From: Auanema rhodensis | Lineage: Eukaryota; Animalia; Nematoda | DNA length: 64,000 bases | Direction: 5' to 3' | Assembly: GCA_964057225.1 (NCBI GenBank) | Contig: OZ059898.1 | Location: 186,001-250,000 of the forward strand | Shown here: positions 11,264 to 24,900 of the stretch, one piece after another | Layout: every line of letters starts with the position of its first letter | Position numbering within the stretch: position 1 is the first letter of the stretch | Position numbers and translations under genes: made by a program | The notes under the pieces: model-generated | What the model was told of the DNA's origin: nothing | Databases searched by the model: none | Seen by the model: the letters and a program-made list of their open reading frames with translations, nothing else

Positions 11264-14200
11264 AATTTGTTTTTAGACTAATATGGACATGGGGAATCTA
11301 ATTTTGAAAACCGCATCTCTTTATCTTTCACGTGAAGCGAGTTACATACCAAGTGCACCTCAAGTGTACATTTAATTAGCATAAATTAAAGTTCACGTAA
11401 ATTTCAAAGTCATGGTTACCATGCACCAATATCAATAAGAATTTTTTTTTAGACTAATATGGACATGGGGAATCTAATTTTGAAAACCGCATCTCTTTAT
11501 CTTTCACGTGAAGCGAGTTACATACCAAGTGCACATCACGTGTACATTTAATTAGCATAAATTAAAGTTCACGTAAATTTCAAAGTCATGGTTACCATGC
11601 ACCAATATCAATAAAAATTTGTTTTTAGACTAATATGGACATGAGGAATCTAATTTTGAAAACCGCATCTCTTTATCTTTCACGTGAAGCGAGTTACATA
11701 CCAAGTGCACATCACGTGTACATTTAATTAGCATAAATTAAAGTTCACGTAAATTTCAAAGTCGTGGTTACCATGCACCAATATCAATAAAAATTTGTTT
11801 TTAGACTAATATGGACATGGGAAATCTAATTTTGAAAACCGCATCTCTTTATCTTTCACGTGAAGCGAGTTACATACCAAGTGCACATCACGTGTACATT
11901 TAATTAGCATAAATTAAAGTTCACGTAAATTTCAAAGTCGTGGTTACCATGCACCAATATCAATAAAAATTCGTTTTTAGACTAATATGGACATGGGGAA
12001 TCTAACTTTGAAAACCGCATCTCTTTATCTTTCACGTGAAGCGAGTTACATACCAAGTGCACATCACGTGTACATTTAATTAGCATAAATTAAAGTTCAC
12101 GTAAATTTCAAAGTCATGGTTACCATGCACCAATATCAATAAAAATTTGTTTTTAGACTAATATGGACATGGGGAATCTAACTTTGAAAACCGCATCTCT
12201 TTATCTTTCACGTGAAGCGAGTTACATACCAAGTGCACATCACGTGTACATTTAATTAGCATAAATTAAAGTTCACGTAAATTTCAAAGTCATGGTTACC
12301 ATGCACCAATATCAATAAAAATTTGTTTTTAGACTAATATGGACATGGGGAATCAAATTTTGAAAACCGCATCTCTTTATCTTTCACGTGAAGCGAGTTA
12401 CATACCAAGTGCACATCACGTGTACATTTAATTAGCATAAATTAAAGTTCACGTAAATTTCAAAGTCATGGTTACCATGCACCAATATCAATAAAAATTT
12501 GTTTTTAGACTAATATGGACATGGGCAATCTAATTTTGAGAACCGCATCTCTTTATCTTTCACGTGAAGCGAGTTACATACCAAGTGCACATCACGTGTA
12601 CATTTAATTAGCATAAATTAAAGTTCACGTAAATTTCAAAGTCGTGGTTACCATGCACCAATATCAATAAAAATTCTTTTTTAGACTAATATGGACATGG
12701 GGAATCTAACTTTGAAAACCGCATCTTTTTATCTTTCACGTGAAGCGAGTTACATACCAAGTGCACATCACGTGTACATTTAATTAGCATAAATTAAAGT
12801 TCACGTAAATTTCAAAGTCATGGTTACCATGCACCAATATCAATAAAAATTTGTTTTTAGACTAATATGGACATGGGGAATCTAACTTTGAAAACCGCAT
12901 CTCTTTATCTTTCACGTGAAGCGAGTTACATACCAAGTGCACATCACGTGTACATTTAATTAGCATAAATTAAAGTTCACGTAAATTTCAAAGTCATGGT
13001 TACCATGCACCAATATCAATAAAAATTTGTTTTTAGACTAATATGGACATGGGGAATCAAATTTTGAAAACCGCATCTCTTTATCTTTCACGTGAAGCGA
13101 GTTACATACCAAGTGCACATCACGTGTACATTTAATTAGCATAAATTAAAGTTCACGTAAATTTCAAAGTCATGGTTACCATGCACCAATATCAATAAAA
13201 ATTTGTTTTTAGACTAATATGGACATGAGGAATCTAATTTTGAAAACCGCATCTCTTTATCTTTCACGTGAAGCGAGTTACATACCAAGTGCACATCACG
13301 TGTACATTTAATTAGCATAAATTAAAGTTCACGTAAATTTCAAAGTCATGGTTACCATGCACCAATATCAATAAAAATTTGTTTTTAGACTAATATGGAC
13401 ATGAGGAATCTAATTTTGAAAACCGCATCTCTTTATCTTTCACGTGAAGCGAGTTACATACCAAGTGCACATCACGTGTACATTTAATTAGCATAAATTA
13501 AAGTTCACGTAAATTTCAAAGTCGTGGTTACCATGCACCAATATCAATAAAAATTTGTTTTTAGACTAATATGGACATGGGAAATCTAATTTTGAAAACC
13601 GCATCTCTTTATCTTTCACGTGAAGCGAGTTACATACCAAGTGCACATCACGTGTACATTTAATTAGCATAAATTAAAGTTCACGTAAATTTCAAAGTCG
13701 TGGTTACCATGCACCAATATCAATAAAAATTCGTTTTTAGACTAATATGGACATGGGGAATCTAACTTTGAAAACCGCATCTCTTTATCTTTCACGTGAA
13801 GCGAGTTACATACCAAGTGCACATCACGTGTACATTTAATTAGCATAAATTAAAGTTCACGTAAATTTCAAAGTCATGGTTACCATGCACCAATATCAAT
13901 AAAAATTTGTTTTTAGACTAATATGGACATGGGGAATCTAACTTTGAAAACCGCATCTCTTTATCTTTCACGTGAAGCGAGTTACATACCAAGTGCACAT
14001 CACGTGTACATTTAATTAGCATAAATTAAAGTTCACGTAAATTTCAAAGTCATGGTTACCATGCACCAATATCAATAAAAATTTGTTTTTAGACTAATAT
14101 GGACATGGGGAATCAAATTTTGAAAACCGCATCTCTTTATCTTTCACGTGAAGCGAGTTACATACCAAGTGCACATCACGTGTACATTTAATTAGCATAA

Positions 14201-17200
14201 ATTAAAGTTCACGTAAATTTCAAAGTCATGGTTACCATGCACCAATATCAATAAAAATTTGTTTTTAGACTAATATGGACATGAGGAATCTAATTTTGAA
14301 AACCGCATCTCTTTATCTTTCACGTGAAGCGAGTTACATACCAAGTGCACATCACGTGTACATTTAATTAGCATAAATTAAAGTTCACGTAAATTTCAAA
14401 GTCATGGTTACCATGCACCAATATCAATAAAAATTTGTTTTAGACTAATATGGACATGGGCAATCTAATTTTGAGAACCGCATCTCTTTATCTTTCACGT
14501 GAAGCGAGTTACATACCAAGTGCACATCACGTGTACATTTAATTAGCATAAATTAAAGTTCACGTAAATTTCAAAGTCATGGTTACCATGCACCAATATC
14601 AATAAAAATTTGTTTTTAGACTAATATGGACATGGGGAATCTAATTTTGAAAACCGCATCTCTTTATCTTTCACGTGAAGCGAGTTACATACCAAGTGCA
14701 CATCACGTGTACATTTAATTAGCATAAATTAAAGTTCACGTAAATTTCAAAGTCATGGTTACCATGCACCAATATCAATAAAAATTTGTTTTTAGACTAA
14801 TATGGACATGGGGAATCTAATTTTGAAAACCGCATCTCTTTATCTTTCACGTGAAGCGAGTTACATACCAAGTGCACATCAAGTGTACATTTAATTAGCA
14901 TAAATTAAAGTTCACGTAAATTTCAAAGTCATGGTTACCATGCACCAATATCAATAAGAATTTTTTTTTAGACTAATATGGACATGGGGAATCTAATTTT
15001 GAAAACCGCATCTCTTTATCTTTCACGTGAAGCGAGTTACATACCAAGTGCACATCACGTGTACATTTAATTAGCATAAATTAAAGTTCACGTAAATTTC
15101 AAAGTCATGGTTACCATGCACCAATATCAATAAAAATTTGTTTTTAGACTAATATGGACATGAGGAATCTAATTTTGAAAACCGCATCTCTTTATCTTTC
15201 ACGTGAAGCGAGTTACATACCAAGTGCACATCACGTGTACATTTAATTAGCATAAATTAAAGTTCACGTAAATTTCAAAGTCATGGTTACCATGCACCAA
15301 TATCAATAAAAATTTGTTTTTAGACTAATATGGACATGAGGAATCTAATTTTGAAAACCGCATCTCTTTATCTTTCACGTGAAGCGAGTTACATACCAAG
15401 TGCACATCACGTGTACATTTAATTAGCATAAATTAAAGTTCACGTAAATTTCAAAGTCGTGGTTACCATGCACCAATATCAATAAAAATTCGTTTTTAGA
15501 CTAATATGGACATGGGGAATCTAATTTTGAAAACCGCATCTCTTTATCTTTCACGTGAAGCGAGTTACATACCAAGTGCACATCACGTGTACATTTAATT
15601 AGCATAAATTAAAGTTCACGTAAATTTCAAAGTCATGGTTACCATGCACCAATATCAATAAAAATTTGTTTTTAGACTAATATGGACATGGGGAATCTAA
15701 TTTTGAAAACCGCATCTCTTTATCTTTCACGTGAAGCGAGTTACATACCAAGTGCACATCACGTGTACATTTAATTAGCATAAATTAAAGTTCACGTAAA
15801 TTTCAAAGTCGTGGTTACCATGCACCAATATCAATAAAAATTCGTTTTTAGACTAATATGGACATGGGGAATCTAACATTGAAAACCGCATCTCTTTATC
15901 TTTCACGTGAAGCGAGTTACATACCAAGTGCACATCACGTGTACATTTAATTAGCATAAATTAAAGTTCACGTAAATTTCAAAGTCATGGTTACCATGCA
16001 CCAATATCAATAAAAATTTGTTTTTAGACTAATATGGACATGAGGAATCTAATTTTGAAAACCGCATCTCTTTATCTTTCACGTGAAGCGAGTTACATAC
16101 CAAGTGCACATCACGTGTACATTTAATTAGCATAAATTAAAGTTCACGTAAATTTCAAAGTCATGGTTACCATGCACCAATATCAATAAAAATTTGTTTT
16201 TAGACTAATATGGACATGGGGAATCAAATTTTGAAAACCGCATCTCTTTATCTTTCACGTGAAGCGAGTTACATACCAAGTGCACATCACGTGTACATTT
16301 AATTAGCATAAATTAAAGTTCACGTAAATTTCAAAGTCATGGTTACCATGAACCAATATCAATAAAAATTTGTTTTTTGACTAATATGGACATGGGGAAT
16401 CTAATTTTGAAAACCGCATCTTTTTATCTTTCACGTGAAGCGAGTTACATACCAAGTGCACATCACGTGTACATTTAATTAGCATAAATTAAAGTTCACG
16501 TAAATTTCAAAGTCATGGTTACCATGCACCAATATCAATAAAAATTTGTTTTCAGTCTAATATGGACATGAGGAATCTAATTTTGGAAACCGCATCTCTT
16601 TATCTTTCACGTGAAGCGAGTTACATACCAAGTGCACATCACGTGTACATTTAATTAGCATAAATTAAAGTTCACGTAAATTTCAAAGTCATGGTTACCA
16701 TGCACCAATATCAATAAAAATTTGTTTTTAGACTAATATGGACATGAGGAATCTAATTTTGAAAACCGCATCTCTTTATCTTTCATGTGAAGCGAGTTAC
16801 ATACCAAGTGCACATCACGTGTACATTTAATTAGCATAAATTAAAGTTCACGTAAATTTCAAAGTCATGGTTACCATGCACCAATATCAATAAAAATATG
16901 TTTTTAGACTAATATGGACATGGGGAATCTAATTTTGAAAACCGCATCTCTTTATCTTTCACGTGAAGCGAGTTACATACCAAGTGCACATCACGTGTAC
17001 ATTTAATTAGCATAAATTAAAGTTCACGTAAATTTCAAAGTCGTGGTTACCATGCACCAATATCAATAAAATTCGTTTTTAGACTAATATGGACATGGGG
17101 AATCTAACTTTGAAAACCGCATCTCTTTATCTTTCACGTGAAGCGAGTTACATACCAAGTGCACATCACGTGTACATTTAATTAGCATAAATTAAAGTTC

Positions 17201-20200
17201 ACGTAAATTTCAAAGTCATGGTTACCATGCACCAATATCAATAAAAATTTGTTTTTAGACTAATATGGACATGAGGAATCTAATTTTAAAAACCGCATCT
17301 CTTTATCTTTCACGTGAAGCGAGTTACATACCAAGTGCACATCACGTGTACATTTAATTAGCATAAATTAAAGTTCACGTAAATTTCAAAGTCATGGTTA
17401 CCATGCACCAATATCAATAAAAATTTGTTTTTAGACTAATATGGACATGGGGAATCAAATTTTGAAAACCGCATCTCTTTATCTTTCACGTGAAGCGAGT
17501 TACATACCAAGTGCACATCACGTGTACATTTAATTAGCATAAATTAAAGTTCACGTAAATTTCAAAGTCATGGTTACCATGAACCAATATCAATAAAAAT
17601 TTGTTTTTTGACTAATATGGACATGGGGAATCTAATTTTGAAAACCGCATCTCTTTATCTTTCACGTGAAGCGAGTTACATACCAAGTGCACATCACGTG
17701 TACATTTAATTAGCATAAATTAAAGTTCACGTAAATTTCAAAGTCATGGTTACCATGCACCAATATCAATAAAAATTTGTTTTTAGACTAATATGGACAT
17801 GAGGAATCTAATTTTGAAAACCGCATCTCTTTATCTTTCACGTGAAGCGAGTTACATACCAAGTGCACATCACGTGTACATTTAATTAGCATAAATTAAA
17901 GTTCACGTAAATTTCAAAGTCATGGTTACCATGCACCAATATCAATAAAAATTTGTTTTTAGACTAATATGGACATGAGGAATCTAATTTTGAAAACCGC
18001 ATCTCTTTATCTTTCACGTGAAGCGAGTTACATACCAAGTGCACATCACGTGTACATTTAATTAGCATAAATTAAAGTTCACGTAAATTTCAAAGTCATG
18101 GTTACCATGCACCAATATCAATAAAAATTTGTTTTTAGACTAATATGGACATGGGGAATCAAATTTTGAAAACCGCATCTCTTTATCTTTCACGTGAAGC
18201 GAGTTACATACCAAGTGCACATCACGTGTACATTTAATTAGCATAAATTAAAGTTCACGTAAATTTCAAAGTCATGGTTACCATGAACCAATATCAATAA
18301 AAATTTGTTTTTTGACTAATATGGACATGGGGAATCTAATTTTGAAAACCGCATCTTTTTATCTTTCACGTGAAGCGAGTTACATACCAAGTGCACATCA
18401 CGTGTACATTTAATTAGCATAAATTAAAGTTCACGTAAATTTCAAAGTCATGGTTACCATGCACCAATATCAATAAAAATTTGTTTTCAGTCTAATATGG
18501 ACATGAGGAATCTAATTTTGGAAACCGCATCTCTTTATCTTTCACGTGAAGCGAGTTACATACCAAGTGCACATCACGTGTACATTTAATTAGCATAAAT
18601 TAAAGTTCACGTAAATTTCAAAGTCATGGTTACCATGCACCAATATCAATAAAAATTTGTTTTTAGACTAATATGGACATGAGGAATCTAATTTTGAAAA
18701 CCGCATCTCTTTATCTTTCATGTGAAGCGAGTTACATACCAAGTGCACATCACGTGTACATTTAATTAGCATAAATTAAAGTTCACGTAAATTTCAAAGT
18801 CATGGTTACCATGCACCAATATCAATAAAAATATGTTTTTAGACTAATATGGACATGGGGAATCTAATTTTGAAAACCGCATCTCTTTATCTTTCACGTG
18901 AAGCGAGTTACATACCAAGTGCACATCACGTGTACATTTAATTAGCATAAATTAAAGTTCACGTAAATTTCAAAGTCGTGGTTACCATGCACCAATATCA
19001 ATAAAATTCGTTTTTAGACTAATATGGACATGGGGAATCTAAGTTTGAAAACCGCATCTCTTTATCTTTCACGTGAAGCGAGTTACATACCAAGTGCACA
19101 TCACGTGTACATTTAATTAGCATAAATTAAAGTTCACGTAAATTTCAAAGTCATGGTTACCATGCACCAATATCAATAAAAATTTGTTTTTAGACTAATA
19201 TGGACATGAGGAATCTAATTTTAAAAACCGCATCTCTTTATCTTTCACGTGAAGCGAGTTACATACCAAGTGCACATCACGTGTACATTTAATTAGCATA
19301 AATTAAAGTTCACGTAAATTTCAAAGTCATGGTTACCATGCACCAATATCAATAAAAATTTGTTTTTAGACTAATATGGACATGGGGAATCAAATTTTGA
19401 AAACCGCATCTCTTTATCTTTCACGTGAAGCGAGTTACATACCAAGTGCACATCACGTGTACATTTAATTAGCATAAATTAAAGTTCACGTAAATTTCAA
19501 AGTCATGGTTACCATGAACCAATATCAATAAAAATTTGTTTTTTGACTAATATGGACATGGGGAATCTAATTTTGAAAACCGCATCTCTTTATCTTTCAC
19601 GTGAAGCGAGTTACATACCAAGTGCACATCACGTGTACATTTAATTAGCATAAATTAAAGTTCACGTAAATTTCAAAGTCATGGTTACCATGCACCAATA
19701 TCAATAAAAATTTGTTTTTAGACTAATATGGACATGAGGAATCTAATTTTGAAAACCGCATCTCTTTATCTTTCACGTGAAGCGAGTTACATACCAAGTG
19801 CACATCACGTGTACATTTAATTAGCATAAATTAAAGTTCACGTAAATTTCAAAGTCATGGTTACCATGCACCAATATCAATAAAAATTTGTTTTTAGACT
19901 AATATGGACATGAGGAATCTAATTTTGAAAACCGCATCTCTTTATCTTTCACGTGAAGCGAGTTACATACCAAGTGCACATCACGTGTACATTTAATTAG
20001 CATAAATTAAAGTTCACGTAAATTTCAAAGTCATGGTTACCATGCACCAATATCAATAAAAATTTGTTTTTAGACTAATATGGACATGGGGAATCTAATT
20101 TTGAAAACCGCATCTCTTTATCTTTCACGTGAAGCGAGTTACATACCAAGTGCACATCACGTGTACATTTAATTAGCATAAATTAAAGTTCACGTAAATT

Positions 20201-21996
20201 TCAAAGTCGTGGTTACCATGCACCAATATCAATAAAAATTCGTTTTTAGACTAATATGGACATGGGGAATCTAACTTTAAAAACCGCATCTCTTTATCTT
20301 TCACGTGAAGCGAGTTACATACCAAGTGCACATCACGTGTACATTTAATTAGCATAAATTAAAGTTCACGTAAATTTCAAAGTCATGGTTACCATGCACC
20401 AATATCAATAAAAATTTGTTTTTAGACTAATATGGACATGGGCAATCTAATTTTGAAAACCGCATCTCTTTATCTTTCAAGTGAAGCGAGTTACATACCA
20501 AGTGCACATCACGTGTACATTTAATTAGCATAAATTAAAGTTCACGTAAATTTCAAAGTCATGGTTACCATGCACCAATATCAATAAAAATTTGTTTTTA
20601 GACTAATATGGACATGGGGAATCTAATTTTGAAAACCGCATCTCTTTATCTTTCACGTGAAGCGAGTTACATACCAAGTGCACATCACGTGTACATTTAA
20701 TTAGCATAAATTAAAGTTCACGTAAATTTCAAAGTCATGGTTACCATGCACCAATATCAATAAAAATTTGTTTTTAGACTAATATGGACATGAGGAATCT
20801 AATTTTGAAAACCGCATCTCTTTATCTTTCACGTGAAGCGAGTTACATACCAAGTGCACATCACGTGTACATTTAATTAGCATAAATTAAAGTTCACGTA
20901 AATTTCAAAGTCATGGTTACCATGAACCAATATCAATAAAAATTTGTTTTTTGACTAATATGGACATGGGGAATCTAATTTTGAAAACCGCATTTCTTTA
21001 TCTTTCACGTGAAGCGAGTTACATACCAAGTGCACATCACGTGTACATTTAATTAGCATAAATTAAAGTTCACGTAAATTTCAAAGTCATGGTTACCATG
21101 CACCAATATCAATAAAAATTTGTTTTTAGACTAATATGGACATGAGGAATCTAATTTTGAAAACCGCATCTCTTTATCTTTCACGTGAAGCGAGTTACAT
21201 ACCAAGTGCACATCACGTGTACATTTAATAAGCATAAATTAAAGTTCACGTAAATTTCAAAGTCATGGTTACCATGCACCAATATCAATAAAAATTTGTT
21301 TTTAGACTAATATGGACATGAGGAATCTAATTTTGAAAACCGCATCTCTTTATCTTTCACGTGAAGCGAGTTACATACCAAGTGCACATCACGTGTACAT
21401 TTAATTAGCATAAATTAAAGTTCACGTAAATTTCAAAGTCATGGTTACCATGCACCAATATCAATAAAAATTTGTTTTTAGACTAATATGGACATGGGGA
21501 ATCTAATTTTGAAAACCGCATCTCTTTATCTTTCACGTGAAGCGAGTTACATACCAAGTGCACATCACGTGTACATTTAATTAGCATAAATTAAAGTTCA
21601 CGTAAATTTCAAAGTCGTGGTTACCATGCACCAATATCAATAAAAATTCGTTTTTAGACTAATATGGACATGGGGAATCTAACTTTGAAAACCGCATCTC
21701 TTTATCTTTCACGTGAAGCGAGTTACATACCAAGTGCACATCACGTGTACATTTAATTAGCATAAATTAAAGTTCACGTAAATTTCAAAGTCATGGTTAC
21801 CATGCACCAATATCAATAAAAATTTGTTTTTAGACTAATATGGACATGGGCAATCTAATTTTGAAAACCGCATTTCTTTATCTTTCAAGTGAAGCGAGTT
21901 ACATACCAAGTGCACATCACGTGTACATTTAATTAGCATAAATTAAAGTTCACGTAAATTTCAAAGTCATGGTTACCATGCACCAATATCAATAAA
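11264..21996. repeat. Variant domain B
   Basis: Diagnostic alleles: G29A, A149G followed by T5C+T39C, T36A, G31C, A12T. Contains three of the four deletions. Confidence 0.8.
16191..20060. repeat. 11-monomer tandem duplication (1935 bp x2)
   Basis: Private markers TTCAGTCT, A44G, C68T, T4A and a 1-bp A deletion each recur 1935 bp apart; G43A also repeats at this spacing. Confidence 0.9.
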
Positions 21997-24900
21997 AATT
22001 TGTTTTTAGACTAATATGGACATGGGGAATCTAATTTTGAAAACCGCATCTCTCTATCTTTCACGTGAAGCGAGTTACATATCAAGTGCACATCACGTGT
22101 ACATTTAATTAGCATAAATTAAAGTTCACGTAAATTTCAAAGTCATGGTTACCATTAACCAATATCAATAAAAATTTGTTTTTAGACTAATATGGACATG
22201 GGGAATCTAATTTTGAAAACCGCATCTCTTTATCTTTCACGTGAAGCGAGTTACATACCAAGTGCACATCACGTGTACATTTAATTAGCATAAATTAAAG
22301 TTCACGTAAATTTCAAAGTCATGGTTACCATGCACCAATATCAATAAAAATCTGTTTTTAGACTAATATGGACATGGGGAATCTAATTTTGAAAACCGCA
22401 TCTCTTTATCTTTCACGTGAAGCGAGTTACATACCAAGTGCACATCACGTGTACATTTAATTAGCATAAATCAAAGTTCACGTAAATTTCAAAGTCATGG
22501 TTACCATGCACCAATATCAATAAAAATTTGTTTTTAGACTAATATGGACATGGGGAATCTAATTTTGAAAACCGCATCTCTTTATCTTTCACGTGAAGCG
22601 AGTTACATATCAAGTGCACATCACGTGTACATTTAATTAGCATAAATTAAAGTTCACGTAAATTTCAAAGTCATGGTTACCATTAACCAATATCAATAAA
22701 AATTTGTTTTTAGACTAATATGGACATGGGGAATCTAATTTTGAAAACCGCATCTCTTTATCTTCCACGTGAAGCGAGTTACATACCAAGTGCACATCAC
22801 GTGTACATTTAATTAGCATAAATTAAAGTTCACGTAAATTTCAAAGTCATGGTTACCATTAACCAATATCAATAAAAATTTGTTTTTAGACTAATATGGA
22901 CATGGGGAATCTAATTTTGAAAACCGCATCTCTTTATCTTTCACGTGAAGCGAGTTACATATCAAGTGCACATCACGTGTACATTTAATTAGCATAAATT
23001 AAAGTTCACGTAAATTTCAAAGTCATGGTTACCATTAACCAATATCAATAAAAATTTGTTTTTAGACTAATATGGACATGGGGAATCTAATTTTGAAAAC
23101 CGCATCTCTTTATCTTTCACGTGAAGCGAGTTACATACCAAGTGCACATCACGTGTACATTTAATTAGCATAAATTAAAGTTCACGTAAATTTCAAAGTC
23201 ATGGTTACCATGCACCAATATCAATAAAAATTTGTTTTTAGACTAATATGGACATGAGGAATCTAATTTTGAAAACCGCATCTCTTTATCTTTCACGTGA
23301 AGCGAGTTACATACCAAGTGCACATCACGTGTACATTTAATTAGCATAAATTAAAGTTCACGTAAATTTCAAAGTCATGGTTACCATGCACCAATATCAA
23401 TAAAAATTTGTTTTTAGACTAATATGGACATGGGGAATCTAATTTTGAAAACCGCATCTCTTTATCTTTCACGTGAAGCGAGTTACATACCAAGTGCACA
23501 TCACGTGTACATTTAATTAGCATAAATTAAAGTTCACGTAAATTTCAAAGTCGTGGTTACCATGCACCAATATCAATAAAAATTTGTTTTTAGACTAATA
23601 TGGACATGAGGAATCTAATTTTGAAAACCGCATCTCTTTATCTTTCACGTGAAGCGAGTTACATACCAAGTGCACATCACGTGTACATTTAATTAGCATA
23701 AATCAAAGTTCACGTAAATTTCAAAGTCATGGTTACCATGCACCAATATCAATAAAAATTTGTTTTTAGACTAATATGGACATGGGGAATCTAATTTTGA
23801 AAACCGCATCTCTTTATCTTTCACGTGAAGCGAGTTACATACCAAGTGCACATCACGTGTACATTTAATTAGCATAAATTAAAGTTCACGTAAATTTCAA
23901 AGTCATGGTTACCATGCACCAATATCAATAAAAATCTGTTTTTAGACTAATATGGACATGGGGAATCTAATTTTGAAAACCGCATCTCTTTATCTTTCAC
24001 GTGAAGCGAGTTACATACCAAGTGCACATCACGTGTACATTTAATTAGCATAAATCAAAGTTCACGTAAATTTCAAAGTCATGGTTACCATGCACCAATA
24101 TCAATAAAAATTTGTTTTTAGACTAATATGGACATGGGGAATCTAATTTTGAAAACCGCATCTCTTTATCTTTCACGTGAAGCGAGTTACATATCAAGTG
24201 CACATCACGTGTACATTTAATTAGCATAAATTAAAGTTCACGTAAATTTCAAAGTCATGGTTACCATTAACCAATATCAATAAAAATTTGTTTTTAGACT
24301 AATATGGACATGGGGAATCTAATTTTGAAAACCGCATCTCTTTATCTTTCACGTGAAGCGAGTTACATACCAAGTGCACATCACGTGTACATTTAATTAG
24401 CATAAATTAAAGTTCACGTAAATTTCAAAGTCATGGTTACCATTAACCAATATCAATAAAAATTTGTTTTTAGACTAATATGGACATGGGGAATCTAATT
24501 TTGAAAACCGCATCTCTTTATCTTTCACGTGAAGCGAGTTACATATCAAGTGCACATCACGTGTACATTTAATTAGCATAAATTAAAGTTCACGTAAATT
24601 TCAAAGTCATGGTTACCATTAACCAATATCAATAAAAATTTGTTTTTAGACTAATATGGACATGGGGAATCTAATTTTGAAAACCGCATCTCTTTATCTT
24701 TCACGTGAAGCGAGTTACATACCAAGTGCACATCACGTGTACATTTAATTAGCATAAATTAAAGTTCACGTAAATTTCAAAGTCATGGTTACCATGCACC
24801 AATATCAATAAAAATCTGTTTTTAGACTAATATGGACATGGGGAATCTAATTTTGAAAACCGCATCTCTTTATCTTTCACGTGAAGCGAGTTACATACCA

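Noticed and set aside
11964-11979. T5C variant creates a TTCG loop in the junction hairpin (UUCG tetraloop-like) and a TTCG reminiscent of a CENP-B box start
   Set aside because: The stem is A/T-only and lacks the C-G closing pair of stable cUUCGg loops, and no downstream CGGG follows. Best explained as chance.
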